Virus record (IMG/VR): IMGVR_UViG_3300034108_000261
Source: an uncultured virus (IMG/VR IMGVR_UViG_3300034108_000261)
Lineage: Duplodnaviria > Heunggongvirae > Uroviricota > Caudoviricetes
Strand: one strand, 5' to 3'
Length of the DNA stretch: 64,000 nt
Shown here: positions 1 through 9,401 of the stretch, piece by piece
Position numbering within the stretch: position 1 is the stretch's first letter
How the letters are laid out: each line of letters starts with the position of its first letter
The notes under the pieces: model-generated
What the model saw: the letters and a program-made list of their open reading frames with translations, nothing else
Told to the model about the DNA's origin: nothing
Database searches by the model: none
Translations under genes and position numbers: made by a program

Positions 1-1
1 T

Positions 2-331
2 TGGATAAACCTTAATGGTAACCGCAGTAGTATTGATAATAGTAACAGAAACGCCTACAGCAGCAGTCGGGAGTTTGACCCCTTGGTTTGTTGTTGCCGA
101 GGTGACAATATTGACTGTTTTTGTCAGCGCAGTTGCAGTGCCTTGATCGGTTCCTGCTGCAGCAACCGATGCAGTTACCGATGGGATAAATGCGCCAGTT
201 AGTGTCAGGTTCTCGAACGATGGACTGTCACCAGATTGATACTTATCGTCATTGAGGTTGGTAAAGTTATCATCAACCTCATTATTTGTTAAAGGTACGC
301 CCTTGGCGGACCTCAGTGTAATTGTGCTCAT
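2..331 (-). CDS. Partial (runs off the window) virion structural / tail-fibre-like protein
   Basis: Read manually from the ATG at 331, which overlaps the TGA of the upstream ORF: MSTITLRSAKGVPLTNNEVDDNFTNLN... The LT..E.D.NF..L N-terminus is typical of phage fibre/baseplate-attached proteins. Confidence 0.6.
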   Translation of the reverse strand, partial: MSTITLRSAKGVPLTNNEVDDNFTNLNDDKYQSGDSPSFENLTLTGAFIPSVTASVAAAGTDQGTATALTKTVNIVTSATTNQGVKLPTAAVGVSVTIINTTAVTIKVYP

Positions 332-555
332 GCTTTCCTACCTTCATGATTGTTGAGAATTTGTGTTAACAAAGATTTAATTTCCGTCATCTCATTCTTT
401 AATTCATTAATCTCAATTCCATATGACTTCATTTGTTTAAGTCTTTCACGTTGTGCATTATATGCTGCTAATTCGTGTTTATCAGTAGAGACAATTGCTT
501 TGGAGTCTCCATCTCTAATGTATTTATTCGTATCTTGAAGTGCGAATTTTGCCAT
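328..555 (-). CDS. Small hypothetical protein with C-terminal coiled coil
   Basis: 75-aa ORF tightly packed between structural genes; EINELKNEMTEIKSLLTQIL heptad pattern. Confidence 0.7.
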   Translation of the reverse strand: MAKFALQDTNKYIRDGDSKAIVSTDKHELAAYNAQRERLKQMKSYGIEINELKNEMTEIKSLLTQILNNHEGRKA

Positions 556-556
556 A

Positions 557-3500
557 TTATACCTGCAGCGCGATTGCTCTCAGTTCCTTAAACTTAGGAA
601 CAATAGAACTGTTGTTAGAGAACATGACAATCTTAATCGCCATTTTGTCAAATTTGGTATAAGTCGCACCCGAATACGTGTATGTGAAGGGTTCATCTTC
701 TAGTTCGTCAACTTTATTTGCCTTTGGTATTTTATATTCATACTCAACAAATCCAGCAGCGGCAGTAGAACTTAGTGGCGATACGCTCGTCTCTAGTTCC
801 AACCAATCAAGATCTTCAAAGTTTCTAGAGTCTGATGCATTCTGCAACTTAGCATATATTCTTGCTGAAGTTCCTGCTGGTAGATAATTACTCAGATAGA
901 CCCTCAAATCTTCTGAGTTACCATCAAGATTAACTCGGCGCGAAATATATTTAGAACTTGCAGTACCAACATTAGTATCTTCATCTCTATTACCATCATC
1001 TGAATTGATGAAGTTAGAAATACAAATCAATGAACACTTTCTAAGATCGATCACAGGAGAAACTGTATCAGTCATTGTTTTCATACCAAACCGAAGATTC
1101 ATTGACTTATTACCGCCAAGATCAGCAGTCTCATTTGATTTTGAGAAAATTGCTGCTTCTGTTAGGATGTCATTTGTTTCACCAAACGTCAGACGATCGT
1201 ATGTAGATCCTGCACTAGATGCTCCACTTGCAGTCTTGGCATAAGTCCAAACACCCGTAGTTGGCGTGAAGTCCATGTAACCGATATTAGTCTGGATAGA
1301 GTTGATCAGTTTATTTTCAACTTCAGTAACTGTAGTTTTGATTGTTCCGTTTGTGATTATATCTGCGGCAGTAAATACACCTTCCTGCACAACAATCTTC
1401 AGAACATTATACAACGGATCATATTGCTTAACATAACCATACTTTGGTTCATCAGCATCAGAATTATGCCCCTCGACATAAACCTTTTCACCAGCAGTGA
1501 ACTTGGTCGGGGTCACTGCATCATTAGAAACAAGAAGCATCTGCTCTGAAAGTGCAAGATAGTCATAGTTAGAATTCTGGAACTTGGCAGTCGAGATAAC
1601 TGATGTATCAAAGACTGCGCGATACAGAGTAAACTTCATATCTTCTGCTTGCTTTTCGCTCCATGTGCGATTGTTTGCAGAAGTGAACAACATACCAACA
1701 TTTGGTTGTTCTGAAATTCTCTTAGAAACACCAGAAATACCTACTTCATTTTCACCGAGTTCCGAAACCCATGCAGTATATCCAGGATCGTTACCCGCAG
1801 GTAGAAGAACGAAACAATATTCTGTATTGTTTTGCAGATATACTGGTGATGGGAATGTGAAGCGAGTTTCTGCGAATGATGTTACTTCACCTGCGAGATT
1901 CTCAGTTGATACAGCAACCTCGTCTGCACTCAAAGTAACTTCGCCGAATGGAAGAACCTTCTCTGATGGAAATCCGTTAACCATCTCACGAAGTTGTAGA
2001 GTAATTGGAGCAGTTCCCTTAGTTCTGAAGTATACATCCAGACCAGTTGCGAATGTTCCAAATGGCATACCATCAACAAAGAAACTTTGTGCGAGTGGAT
2101 CTAATGCTCCGAAAGGGCCAATACCAAAGAACCCAAGATTTCCAAAATCTGGAAACCCATTATCGTCGAAATTAAACTCTACCAACTCAGGTTCTGCTGG
2201 TGGCCCAGGAGGAGGAGGTGGCGGTGGAGGCGGAGGTGGTGGCGGTATAATTGGAGGAACTGGAACTTCTCTCTCAACAACAATAGTGGGATTATTAGTA
2301 ATATTAGTAATTTCTTCCACTAGAGTAATATTATTAACCACCGTATTTACAACATTGGTTTCATTAACTTCTATTGTATTGTTAGTAACATTAGAAACGT
2401 TTGTAGTGTTGTTAACAGTCGTAAAGGTGTTATTTACTGTAGTATTCTGAATTGTTCCAACTGTTCTCTCGCCGATGCGATTTGCAGTAGTATTGTTTTC
2501 AGTCACCGAACGAGAATCACTAACATTAGTGAAAGATACTTTTGCCTCTCTCGTAGAAACAACAGTTCCCTCGACCACCTGCGAAAGACCATTCGCGGAG
2601 AATGAATTTGTCGCTGAAGTTGTAATGAATGGTGATCTATTAAATGCATCGTCGCAAACTCTAAAGTTCTTGGTTCCTGTTCTAAACGTACCAGCAGGAA
2701 TTTTAAACTGAATTGCAAGTTCGCCATTGGCATCAGTAACCAACGGAGCACCATAAACACCCGTTGGACCAGCAATAGCATATGCAGAATATTCTGCTGG
2801 ATCAGTCGGTGATGCAGTTAGAGCAGCACTTGATAGTGGGCGACAATGTGCTGTAACATCAATACCGTCAAAGAATGGATAGATTCTTGTCAGAGGTTTT
2901 AATCTCTTAGTTTTAACTGTAATTGTTACACTTCTCATATATGGAATGATAGAAGCATTTGTTACGCGATTACCAAGATCCCTCGTCGTAGTTTCTGGAG
3001 TAACACCCATAGTCACACCTTGACGTGTTTGACGCTGCGTAGTGGTTGTCGTTGAGATCTGAATTTGCTCTTGGAAAAGAGTGTCACCAGATACGCGAGT
3101 CTGTCCACCTGTTGTAGTTGTATCGGTCGAAATCGAACGACCAGTTACGATGTCCTGCCAGTCATTCCATTGAGTTCCCCATGCATTTGCCATGGCAGCA
3201 AAGTTGTCGTAGTTGCCGTCAAAGTTTACTGCGAGGTCAGGAAGTTGTGCAGTATCTGTCCAGTTATCAACTGGAGGATCTAGGGTCATATCTCCAATGT
3301 AATTGAATAGGAGTTCTCCAACGCAGTTTCTAGACTTCGAAGCAAATTTATTCTGAGTAAGAACACCATAGTTATATGGAAGTGTTAGAAGATCGCCTGT
3401 CTTTTTTACGCCAATAGAATTTGCAGAATCAAAAATTAGATCAACATTTTCGATATTAAAGTAAGGACGGAGTTCTTGATTGACTGCATCAATCGAGCAA

Positions 3501-6500
3501 CTATAGTTGAGATCCTTTGGATTACCTACATTGTGTCCAGTAAACGCATCTACTAGAATACCATGTTTAAATCTATTCAACATTTCATCTGTGGCACTCG
3601 GAATAAACAGAGACTCTGTTGCTTTTTCGAGAAGTGTCAGAGTAGTATAATATTCTAGGCGAGAAACACGTTGTTCAATTGCACCAATATCGCGCATTGT
3701 ATAGCGTCGATTATCAAGGGTGCGGAAAGTTACACCATATTCATTGCGCCCTGTTGACTTTGCAACATTAGGAGCAAGCGAAGGATATGGTGGAATTGTA
3801 ACGATCGCAATACACATCGCGTTTTCTGGAGTAAGTGGTTCGACAGGAGTTAGTGATGGAGTTCCACTAACTGCGCTGAACACTCCATGGTCATCCATTA
3901 CGATCTTGTCTTTACGACCAACGTAATATTCGTAGTTGATATTAATTTCTTGCTCAGGACGAGGAATAGTAAGATTACTCAATCCCAATGGTTTAAATAT
4001 TGTTCCAGTTGAATTTGCTGGATTGACTGGTACTGACTCGATTGTTGCAAATGTAGCAGGTGTAACTGAGTCGGTAATTCTTACTCGGAAGTCCAGCGTG
4101 TCGCGTAGGTCATACGATTCACCAGTCGTTGGTGAAGTATAAATTGGAATCTCGTATGTCTTGATAAAGGCACTATCAGGTTCTGCACTATCCAATACAT
4201 CATATGAGTCGACCGCGAAGTAACCAGCATTCGTTGACAATGTGACATGAGTAAAGTAACTAAACTTGACAATCAGATTAAAACCTTCCAGGGAAGGTGC
4301 ATTATTTGCTTGTATAAGTTTAGCAAGTTCGTATGTGTTATCACGCTGACCATTATCCAACGTATATTGCGAGGTGATATCAGTACCTGTTGTTACAGCG
4401 GCCGCACGTGTAGTGGTTCCAACTGGTGCTCTGTAAACAGCATCAACAGAGAATACGTCAGCAACGCCCAAGTTTAATGACGCAGCGCCATCTACCTTGA
4501 AGAAGTATTGATTATTGTTACCTGTACCCGAAAGATTTATTGCTGAACCACCCGAAGATGCAGAAACCGAAAATGTATTCGTCCCAAGATTGATTGCGAA
4601 ATATTCAGTTCCATCAGTAAGTCCGCCGATCGGAGTTCCGCCATTCGCTTTATACTTGATTTTATCATTCGTTTGCAGACCGTGATTATTATATGTAATA
4701 ACTTCAGTGCTAGTATTTACTCCAGTAGTAGGAATTTTTAGTGAAAGGTCAAACGCAACATGTCTCGCTCGGTTCAGAGTTTTCCTAAGAGGCGCAGCAA
4801 AGTTTGCTTCGACTGTAGAATATACTGTAACCGTATCAGAGAAACCAAGTCCAGAAAAACTAATAATTTGCGAAGAAGGATCCTGTGCATCAACTGTGCC
4901 TACTGTTAGATCAACAATTGCACCACCAGTATCTCGAACCATCAAAAGATTTCTATTGATGTAAGTTTCAATCGCATCATTTTGATCTTGGATAAAGAAC
5001 TCATTGCCCGATAGTGTAATGCTACCAACACCCGATGTTATATCAATATTTTCATATACCTTAGTATAATATAACGATGTTTCATAACTACCAGAAGGAA
5101 ATGGTGGTTTGATTGTCTTAGTAGCACGCGATGGCATTCTATAGAGTAGTTTATTATATTGTGATGACTTCAATACAGATTCAACAACGTCAGCATAACC
5201 ATCGTTGGTTCCACTGGTCGAGTAATACAATCCACTAACGTCGGCGAAGTCTCCTGCTGTCATCTGAACATCGTAAACGTAGATGTTATACACTGCAGTT
5301 GCAGTTCCTGGAGCATCAGGTCCAACATGTTCAATGTGACGAACACGAGCAGTACCAATTTCAGTACCTTGAACTGCTGTCTGTGAACCAGAAACGCCGT
5401 TTTGCGGGTCGGTGCGTAGAGAAATCTTAGAACCATCTAGTGGCAGAACACCCTTATAGTCTGTTACTACAACATAGTTGCCATAAGCAGAACTAATGGG
5501 AACACTATATTTCTGTACGGTGTCAATACCCTTTTCAGTAATAGCATATTCTGTCTGGCGAGTTTCGTACTCATAACCGCGAACATATGCTTTACCCGCT
5601 TCAAGACCGACTGCAAGAAGAAATTCATCACCACCAAGTTCTTCGGTATAAAGACCGTTATTGCCACCAACATTTAGATGTTCGCGAACAAGAACAGGAA
5701 ATGCCTTTGTCGTATAATTACCTGATTCATCATATGTTCTGCGTGCTAGATTGTCGCCAAGTTTGGCATAGATGTCAGAGGTATGTGTTCTATTAAGACC
5801 ACCAGAAACAACTGTTGCAACTTCATAATATCCGTCTGGGATTGTATCCCCAATATTGACGAAAATTAGGTCAGTCGATACATAGTATCTATCTGCGCCA
5901 GGAGCAGCAAAGTTATATGTGCCTTGTGCTGGATCGAGAAGAGTCTCGCCCACTACACCGTCTCCCGTGTCTAATACTTGCTCATCTGCACCAACGCATA
6001 CACTACCAGTTGGGTTGCCAGTATACTTTGAAAGATAAATTGTCTGCGAACTATGGAGAATAAATTTACCGTCGATATAAAGAATACCTTCACCGACAGT
6101 CATGCGAGTGGCACGACCCCAATAGTTATTTGTCAATACGTCAGTATCAACTTCAAGTGCTTGAACAGTAAATATATCATCTGCTAGAGGGTCTGTATCC
6201 TCTGGGTCTGGAGTTGGCAAAACTGTAAGAGTTTCTGCGCCAGTGAAGTGGACAGCATTTGTGCTACCATCACCGCTTGTGTATCTCAGGTAAAGAGTTC
6301 CTGGATCTGTTGCTGTTGCTTCAATTGCGTCTACGATTACTGCTGTAAGATTGTTACCGCCCTCGACTGTTCTACCGATATATTCTGGCAGTCGTGCATT
6401 TCCAGCAGCATTTGCATCAATTTTTACATATGATAATTCATTATCAATCTGAACGTCGCAACCTGAAACGATCGCGCCATTCTTGAAAATATGGTCGCCG

Positions 6501-6649
6501 AACTTATTAACTTGATTTTGGAGAATGGTTTGTAATTGTGTAAGTTCGCGAGCCTGAACCGCATATCCAGGTTTGAAGAGAATTCTATGAAACTTGTTCG
6601 CCTCATCAAAGTCATCATAATACGGAGATGTATTTAAATTCAGTGCCAT
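557..6649 (-). CDS. Large virion structural protein (VrlC/DUF4815-like, baseplate/tail associated)
   Basis: 2030 aa. N-terminus LNTSPYYDDFD...FHRILFKPGYAVQARELTQLQTILQNQ, plus LARRTYDESGNY and DPLAQSF motifs typical of the giant structural protein of marine/freshwater T4-like phages. Confidence 0.8.
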   Translation of the reverse strand: MALNLNTSPYYDDFDEANKFHRILFKPGYAVQARELTQLQTILQNQVNKFGDHIFKNGAIVSGCDVQIDNELSYVKIDANAAGNARLPEYIGRTVEGGNNLTAVIVDAIEATATDPGTLYLRYTSGDGSTNAVHFTGAETLTVLPTPDPEDTDPLADDIFTVQALEVDTDVLTNNYWGRATRMTVGEGILYIDGKFILHSSQTIYLSKYTGNPTGSVCVGADEQVLDTGDGVVGETLLDPAQGTYNFAAPGADRYYVSTDLIFVNIGDTIPDGYYEVATVVSGGLNRTHTSDIYAKLGDNLARRTYDESGNYTTKAFPVLVREHLNVGGNNGLYTEELGGDEFLLAVGLEAGKAYVRGYEYETRQTEYAITEKGIDTVQKYSVPISSAYGNYVVVTDYKGVLPLDGSKISLRTDPQNGVSGSQTAVQGTEIGTARVRHIEHVGPDAPGTATAVYNIYVYDVQMTAGDFADVSGLYYSTSGTNDGYADVVESVLKSSQYNKLLYRMPSRATKTIKPPFPSGSYETSLYYTKVYENIDITSGVGSITLSGNEFFIQDQNDAIETYINRNLLMVRDTGGAIVDLTVGTVDAQDPSSQIISFSGLGFSDTVTVYSTVEANFAAPLRKTLNRARHVAFDLSLKIPTTGVNTSTEVITYNNHGLQTNDKIKYKANGGTPIGGLTDGTEYFAINLGTNTFSVSASSGGSAINLSGTGNNNQYFFKVDGAASLNLGVADVFSVDAVYRAPVGTTTRAAAVTTGTDITSQYTLDNGQRDNTYELAKLIQANNAPSLEGFNLIVKFSYFTHVTLSTNAGYFAVDSYDVLDSAEPDSAFIKTYEIPIYTSPTTGESYDLRDTLDFRVRITDSVTPATFATIESVPVNPANSTGTIFKPLGLSNLTIPRPEQEININYEYYVGRKDKIVMDDHGVFSAVSGTPSLTPVEPLTPENAMCIAIVTIPPYPSLAPNVAKSTGRNEYGVTFRTLDNRRYTMRDIGAIEQRVSRLEYYTTLTLLEKATESLFIPSATDEMLNRFKHGILVDAFTGHNVGNPKDLNYSCSIDAVNQELRPYFNIENVDLIFDSANSIGVKKTGDLLTLPYNYGVLTQNKFASKSRNCVGELLFNYIGDMTLDPPVDNWTDTAQLPDLAVNFDGNYDNFAAMANAWGTQWNDWQDIVTGRSISTDTTTTGGQTRVSGDTLFQEQIQISTTTTTQRQTRQGVTMGVTPETTTRDLGNRVTNASIIPYMRSVTITVKTKRLKPLTRIYPFFDGIDVTAHCRPLSSAALTASPTDPAEYSAYAIAGPTGVYGAPLVTDANGELAIQFKIPAGTFRTGTKNFRVCDDAFNRSPFITTSATNSFSANGLSQVVEGTVVSTREAKVSFTNVSDSRSVTENNTTANRIGERTVGTIQNTTVNNTFTTVNNTTNVSNVTNNTIEVNETNVVNTVVNNITLVEEITNITNNPTIVVEREVPVPPIIPPPPPPPPPPPPPGPPAEPELVEFNFDDNGFPDFGNLGFFGIGPFGALDPLAQSFFVDGMPFGTFATGLDVYFRTKGTAPITLQLREMVNGFPSEKVLPFGEVTLSADEVAVSTENLAGEVTSFAETRFTFPSPVYLQNNTEYCFVLLPAGNDPGYTAWVSELGENEVGISGVSKRISEQPNVGMLFTSANNRTWSEKQAEDMKFTLYRAVFDTSVISTAKFQNSNYDYLALSEQMLLVSNDAVTPTKFTAGEKVYVEGHNSDADEPKYGYVKQYDPLYNVLKIVVQEGVFTAADIITNGTIKTTVTEVENKLINSIQTNIGYMDFTPTTGVWTYAKTASGASSAGSTYDRLTFGETNDILTEAAIFSKSNETADLGGNKSMNLRFGMKTMTDTVSPVIDLRKCSLICISNFINSDDGNRDEDTNVGTASSKYISRRVNLDGNSEDLRVYLSNYLPAGTSARIYAKLQNASDSRNFEDLDWLELETSVSPLSSTAAAGFVEYEYKIPKANKVDELEDEPFTYTYSGATYTKFDKMAIKIVMFSNNSSIVPKFKELRAIALQV

Positions 6650-6664
6650 ATTTTCCTACTTCTT

Positions 6665-8923
6665 TTAAAAATTGATCAATGCTCTGATTTTTTCGACTTG
6701 ATCAGATGTTCTAATTATTTTAACTCTATTATCTAGATATATGATTTCACCAGTTCTATTGTCAACTTCTGGTTCCAGATAATCAACAAGAATAGGTTCT
6801 GCTACTGTACCTATATTAAAGGAATCGGGTACAATAGATCCTAATGCCACTTCTGTATTCACATTAGTCAACTGAGTCGATACATAAAGTTTTGGTATAA
6901 TAGGCAACAAGTGAATTCTATCTACGACACCATCATTATTACTATCTTCTTTTTGGACAACAATGAATCTTCCTCCATCATCGCCCTCAATAACATCATC
7001 ATAATCTACCAATTCAGGATTATTTATTACGACAACATAACAACAATTGCCAGTATTTGAAGTAAAGTTACTAGAAGATCCGAAAATTCTAGGATTCTTT
7101 ACAATACCTAATTGTCTAAAGTCGTTGTTTAGGAATGTGTCAGAGGTTTCATTGGTAAGAGAAACCGTCAACGATAAACTCTTAGCAAACAACTCTTTCT
7201 GTGGGTTCGACCCGTGTCCACCATATGGTGAGATAATTGCTCTGAACCTTGCGCCAGTTCCTGGAGAATTTTCAGAAGCATTAACTACAGAAATTTCAGC
7301 AAAACTATAACCAGATCCTGGATTTGTAATAGTAATGCCAGTAACTTCGCCGTTAGTTAATGTCAATCTTGCTTGCGCATCTTGTCCATCACCTACAATA
7401 GAGACAGAGGCATCCCCTTGGATGTAACTATTTCCACTTGAGAGAATTACTATTCTGTCAATAGTTCCAGGAATGGCGGCCGCCTCCACATTTTCTTGTG
7501 GTGTGCCACCCTCAGTAAATCCAAGCACCGCAGCTGCAGCTGCAGTTTCGGTAATTGAATCACCAGCGACAGGAATGAAATTGATATTCGCAAACGAGAA
7601 TCCAGATCCAGGTTCGGTTACTGTGACTGAAACTACTTTACCAGCAGTTGCACCTGTTCCCAAAGCAGCAGTTGCTCTGGCACCAGTATAACCTAAACCA
7701 CCGTTTGTTACAGTAATTCCAGTAATTACACCCCCCGTGATAACTGCAGAAGCAGTTGCTCCAGTACCAGTACCTCCTGCAAGATACACCTTAGTTCCTT
7801 CGAATGTTAGCGAATGTGCATCGCCAATACCGAATGAAGTAAAGTCAATCGCAACATCTGTATCTGCATCATCATATGAAGTGGCGAGTTTAATTGTATT
7901 TGCATCAATACGAATTACATAATACGATCTATTGTGTGTTAATCCACCAATAGAATTTCCGCCGCCATTTGAATATTTGACGAGATCAAGGTTCGTAAAC
8001 CCATGACTAGTGATACTAATTTCGTCGGTCGTGAGTGAAATATCACCCGTAGAGGATCCATCAAAGGTTTTAGAGAGCGCAGATCTATACCCCGATCCAC
8101 CATTCGTTACTACGATTTGCGAAACAATATCTTGATTTGCTCCATTTGTAGCACAAGTAGCAAATGCTTCTGCATCTTGTCCTGTGGTACTGTCGATGAT
8201 TACATCAGGTGCAGATTTACCGTCGCCCTGAATACGAACATACGGTGCAGATGAGTATCCTGAACCACCGAACGTAACATCAATTCTGTCTACAAACCCG
8301 TTTACGTCATATTGTGGTTCACCAAACCCAGACATCTTACGAACTGGAATATGCGTTGGTGTTAGAAACTTGGTGACATCACCTGCTTCGACACGAAACA
8401 TAAATTTCCAAATATAACCGTCTGATGTTTCAAACGCATTCGTATCTGTTCCTGTAGGTTTGACTGTGCTTGCAGATGGAAGATCAGAGGATGCATCACC
8501 TCTTTTACCATTACTGATACATTTATATACGTTATATTCATCAGTTATAACATAGAACCTAGCAGTCGATAATGATGATGCACCCCCATCTGGTGCAATC
8601 AATCTTCCGTTCGCATTAGTTTGCCCATATAAATCATCATATTGAGCGTAAACTGTACCTAGTGTCCAATTATATCTTGGTGCCATTAAGACCGCATCAT
8701 TTGCATTTATTCTTTTTACAAACAATGTGTTTCTATGAGACGTGTTTGAGTATGACACAGAGTCAACAGGTTGCTCTGGGTTTTCCTCACCATGAGGTGG
8801 GTTCTCGTCCCATTCGAGAGTGCGGGAGACAAAGAAATAGTAGTAATCGTTTTCGTTGTAAATGTCACGATAAACGCTTCTTGCTATTTCTTGTCGCCCT
8901 TGCGATCTTAGAAGAAGTGGCAT
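6665..8923 (-). CDS. gp8: Baseplate wedge subunit gp8, with inserted Gly-rich beta repeats
   Basis: PRYNW..GTVY..YDD, FYVITDEYNVYKCISN, DGYIWKFMF, GGHG, NDFRQLGIVKNP and C-terminal GEIIYLDNR...R...Q.E.I motifs. Confidence 0.85.
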   Translation of the reverse strand: MPLLLRSQGRQEIARSVYRDIYNENDYYYFFVSRTLEWDENPPHGEENPEQPVDSVSYSNTSHRNTLFVKRINANDAVLMAPRYNWTLGTVYAQYDDLYGQTNANGRLIAPDGGASSLSTARFYVITDEYNVYKCISNGKRGDASSDLPSASTVKPTGTDTNAFETSDGYIWKFMFRVEAGDVTKFLTPTHIPVRKMSGFGEPQYDVNGFVDRIDVTFGGSGYSSAPYVRIQGDGKSAPDVIIDSTTGQDAEAFATCATNGANQDIVSQIVVTNGGSGYRSALSKTFDGSSTGDISLTTDEISITSHGFTNLDLVKYSNGGGNSIGGLTHNRSYYVIRIDANTIKLATSYDDADTDVAIDFTSFGIGDAHSLTFEGTKVYLAGGTGTGATASAVITGGVITGITVTNGGLGYTGARATAALGTGATAGKVVSVTVTEPGSGFSFANINFIPVAGDSITETAAAAAVLGFTEGGTPQENVEAAAIPGTIDRIVILSSGNSYIQGDASVSIVGDGQDAQARLTLTNGEVTGITITNPGSGYSFAEISVVNASENSPGTGARFRAIISPYGGHGSNPQKELFAKSLSLTVSLTNETSDTFLNNDFRQLGIVKNPRIFGSSSNFTSNTGNCCYVVVINNPELVDYDDVIEGDDGGRFIVVQKEDSNNDGVVDRIHLLPIIPKLYVSTQLTNVNTEVALGSIVPDSFNIGTVAEPILVDYLEPEVDNRTGEIIYLDNRVKIIRTSDQVEKIRALINF

Positions 8924-8929
8924 GTTATA

Positions 8930-9382
8930 TTACGATACAGTAACCGTCCAAGTGATAGTCATGCTGTCTGATGCGCCCTTGTTGATAACATCAAACACGG
9001 TGCGGCAAAGCATATCACCTGATGTTGAAGCATTGAAGATTCCTGCCTCAACAACTGCACCAGTACCTTCGCCTGCAGCGAAAGTTGCAACATATTCAAC
9101 AGCGTTGAGAGTTGCAGTCGAACTTGTCAACGCCTTGCGCGAACCAAGAATCGATCCAACGTTGGTATCACCTGCCGCTGCAGCAGTGTCGTCTGAACCA
9201 ACTGCCATGTGAGACATAACATTCTTTGAAGTCCCGACCATACGCGATGCGATATAGTTAAGACCTGTATCAACAACAAGGTTTGTTGTTTCGATATCGT
9301 GCTTGATTTCGCCTGTCACTTCGTCTTGAACGACGATGCGAAGTTTACCAGTAGCACCTGCGATTTTTTCTTTGAGATTCAT
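8930..9382 (-). CDS. Putative tail/baseplate structural protein (tail-fibre N-terminal-like)
   Basis: NLVVDTG...MAVG...EAGIFNA...GDMLCRTVF..INK...ITWTVT pattern; lies inside the baseplate operon. Confidence 0.6.
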   Translation of the reverse strand: MNLKEKIAGATGKLRIVVQDEVTGEIKHDIETTNLVVDTGLNYIASRMVGTSKNVMSHMAVGSDDTAAAAGDTNVGSILGSRKALTSSTATLNAVEYVATFAAGEGTGAVVEAGIFNASTSGDMLCRTVFDVINKGASDSMTITWTVTVS

Positions 9383-9401
9383 TTGAGTTACCTTCTTCTA
9401 G

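Noticed and set aside
1584..2450. 288-aa plus-strand ORF with a poly-Gly tract
   Set aside because: Antisense shadow of the 2030-aa gene; the Gly run is the reverse complement of the poly-Pro codons.
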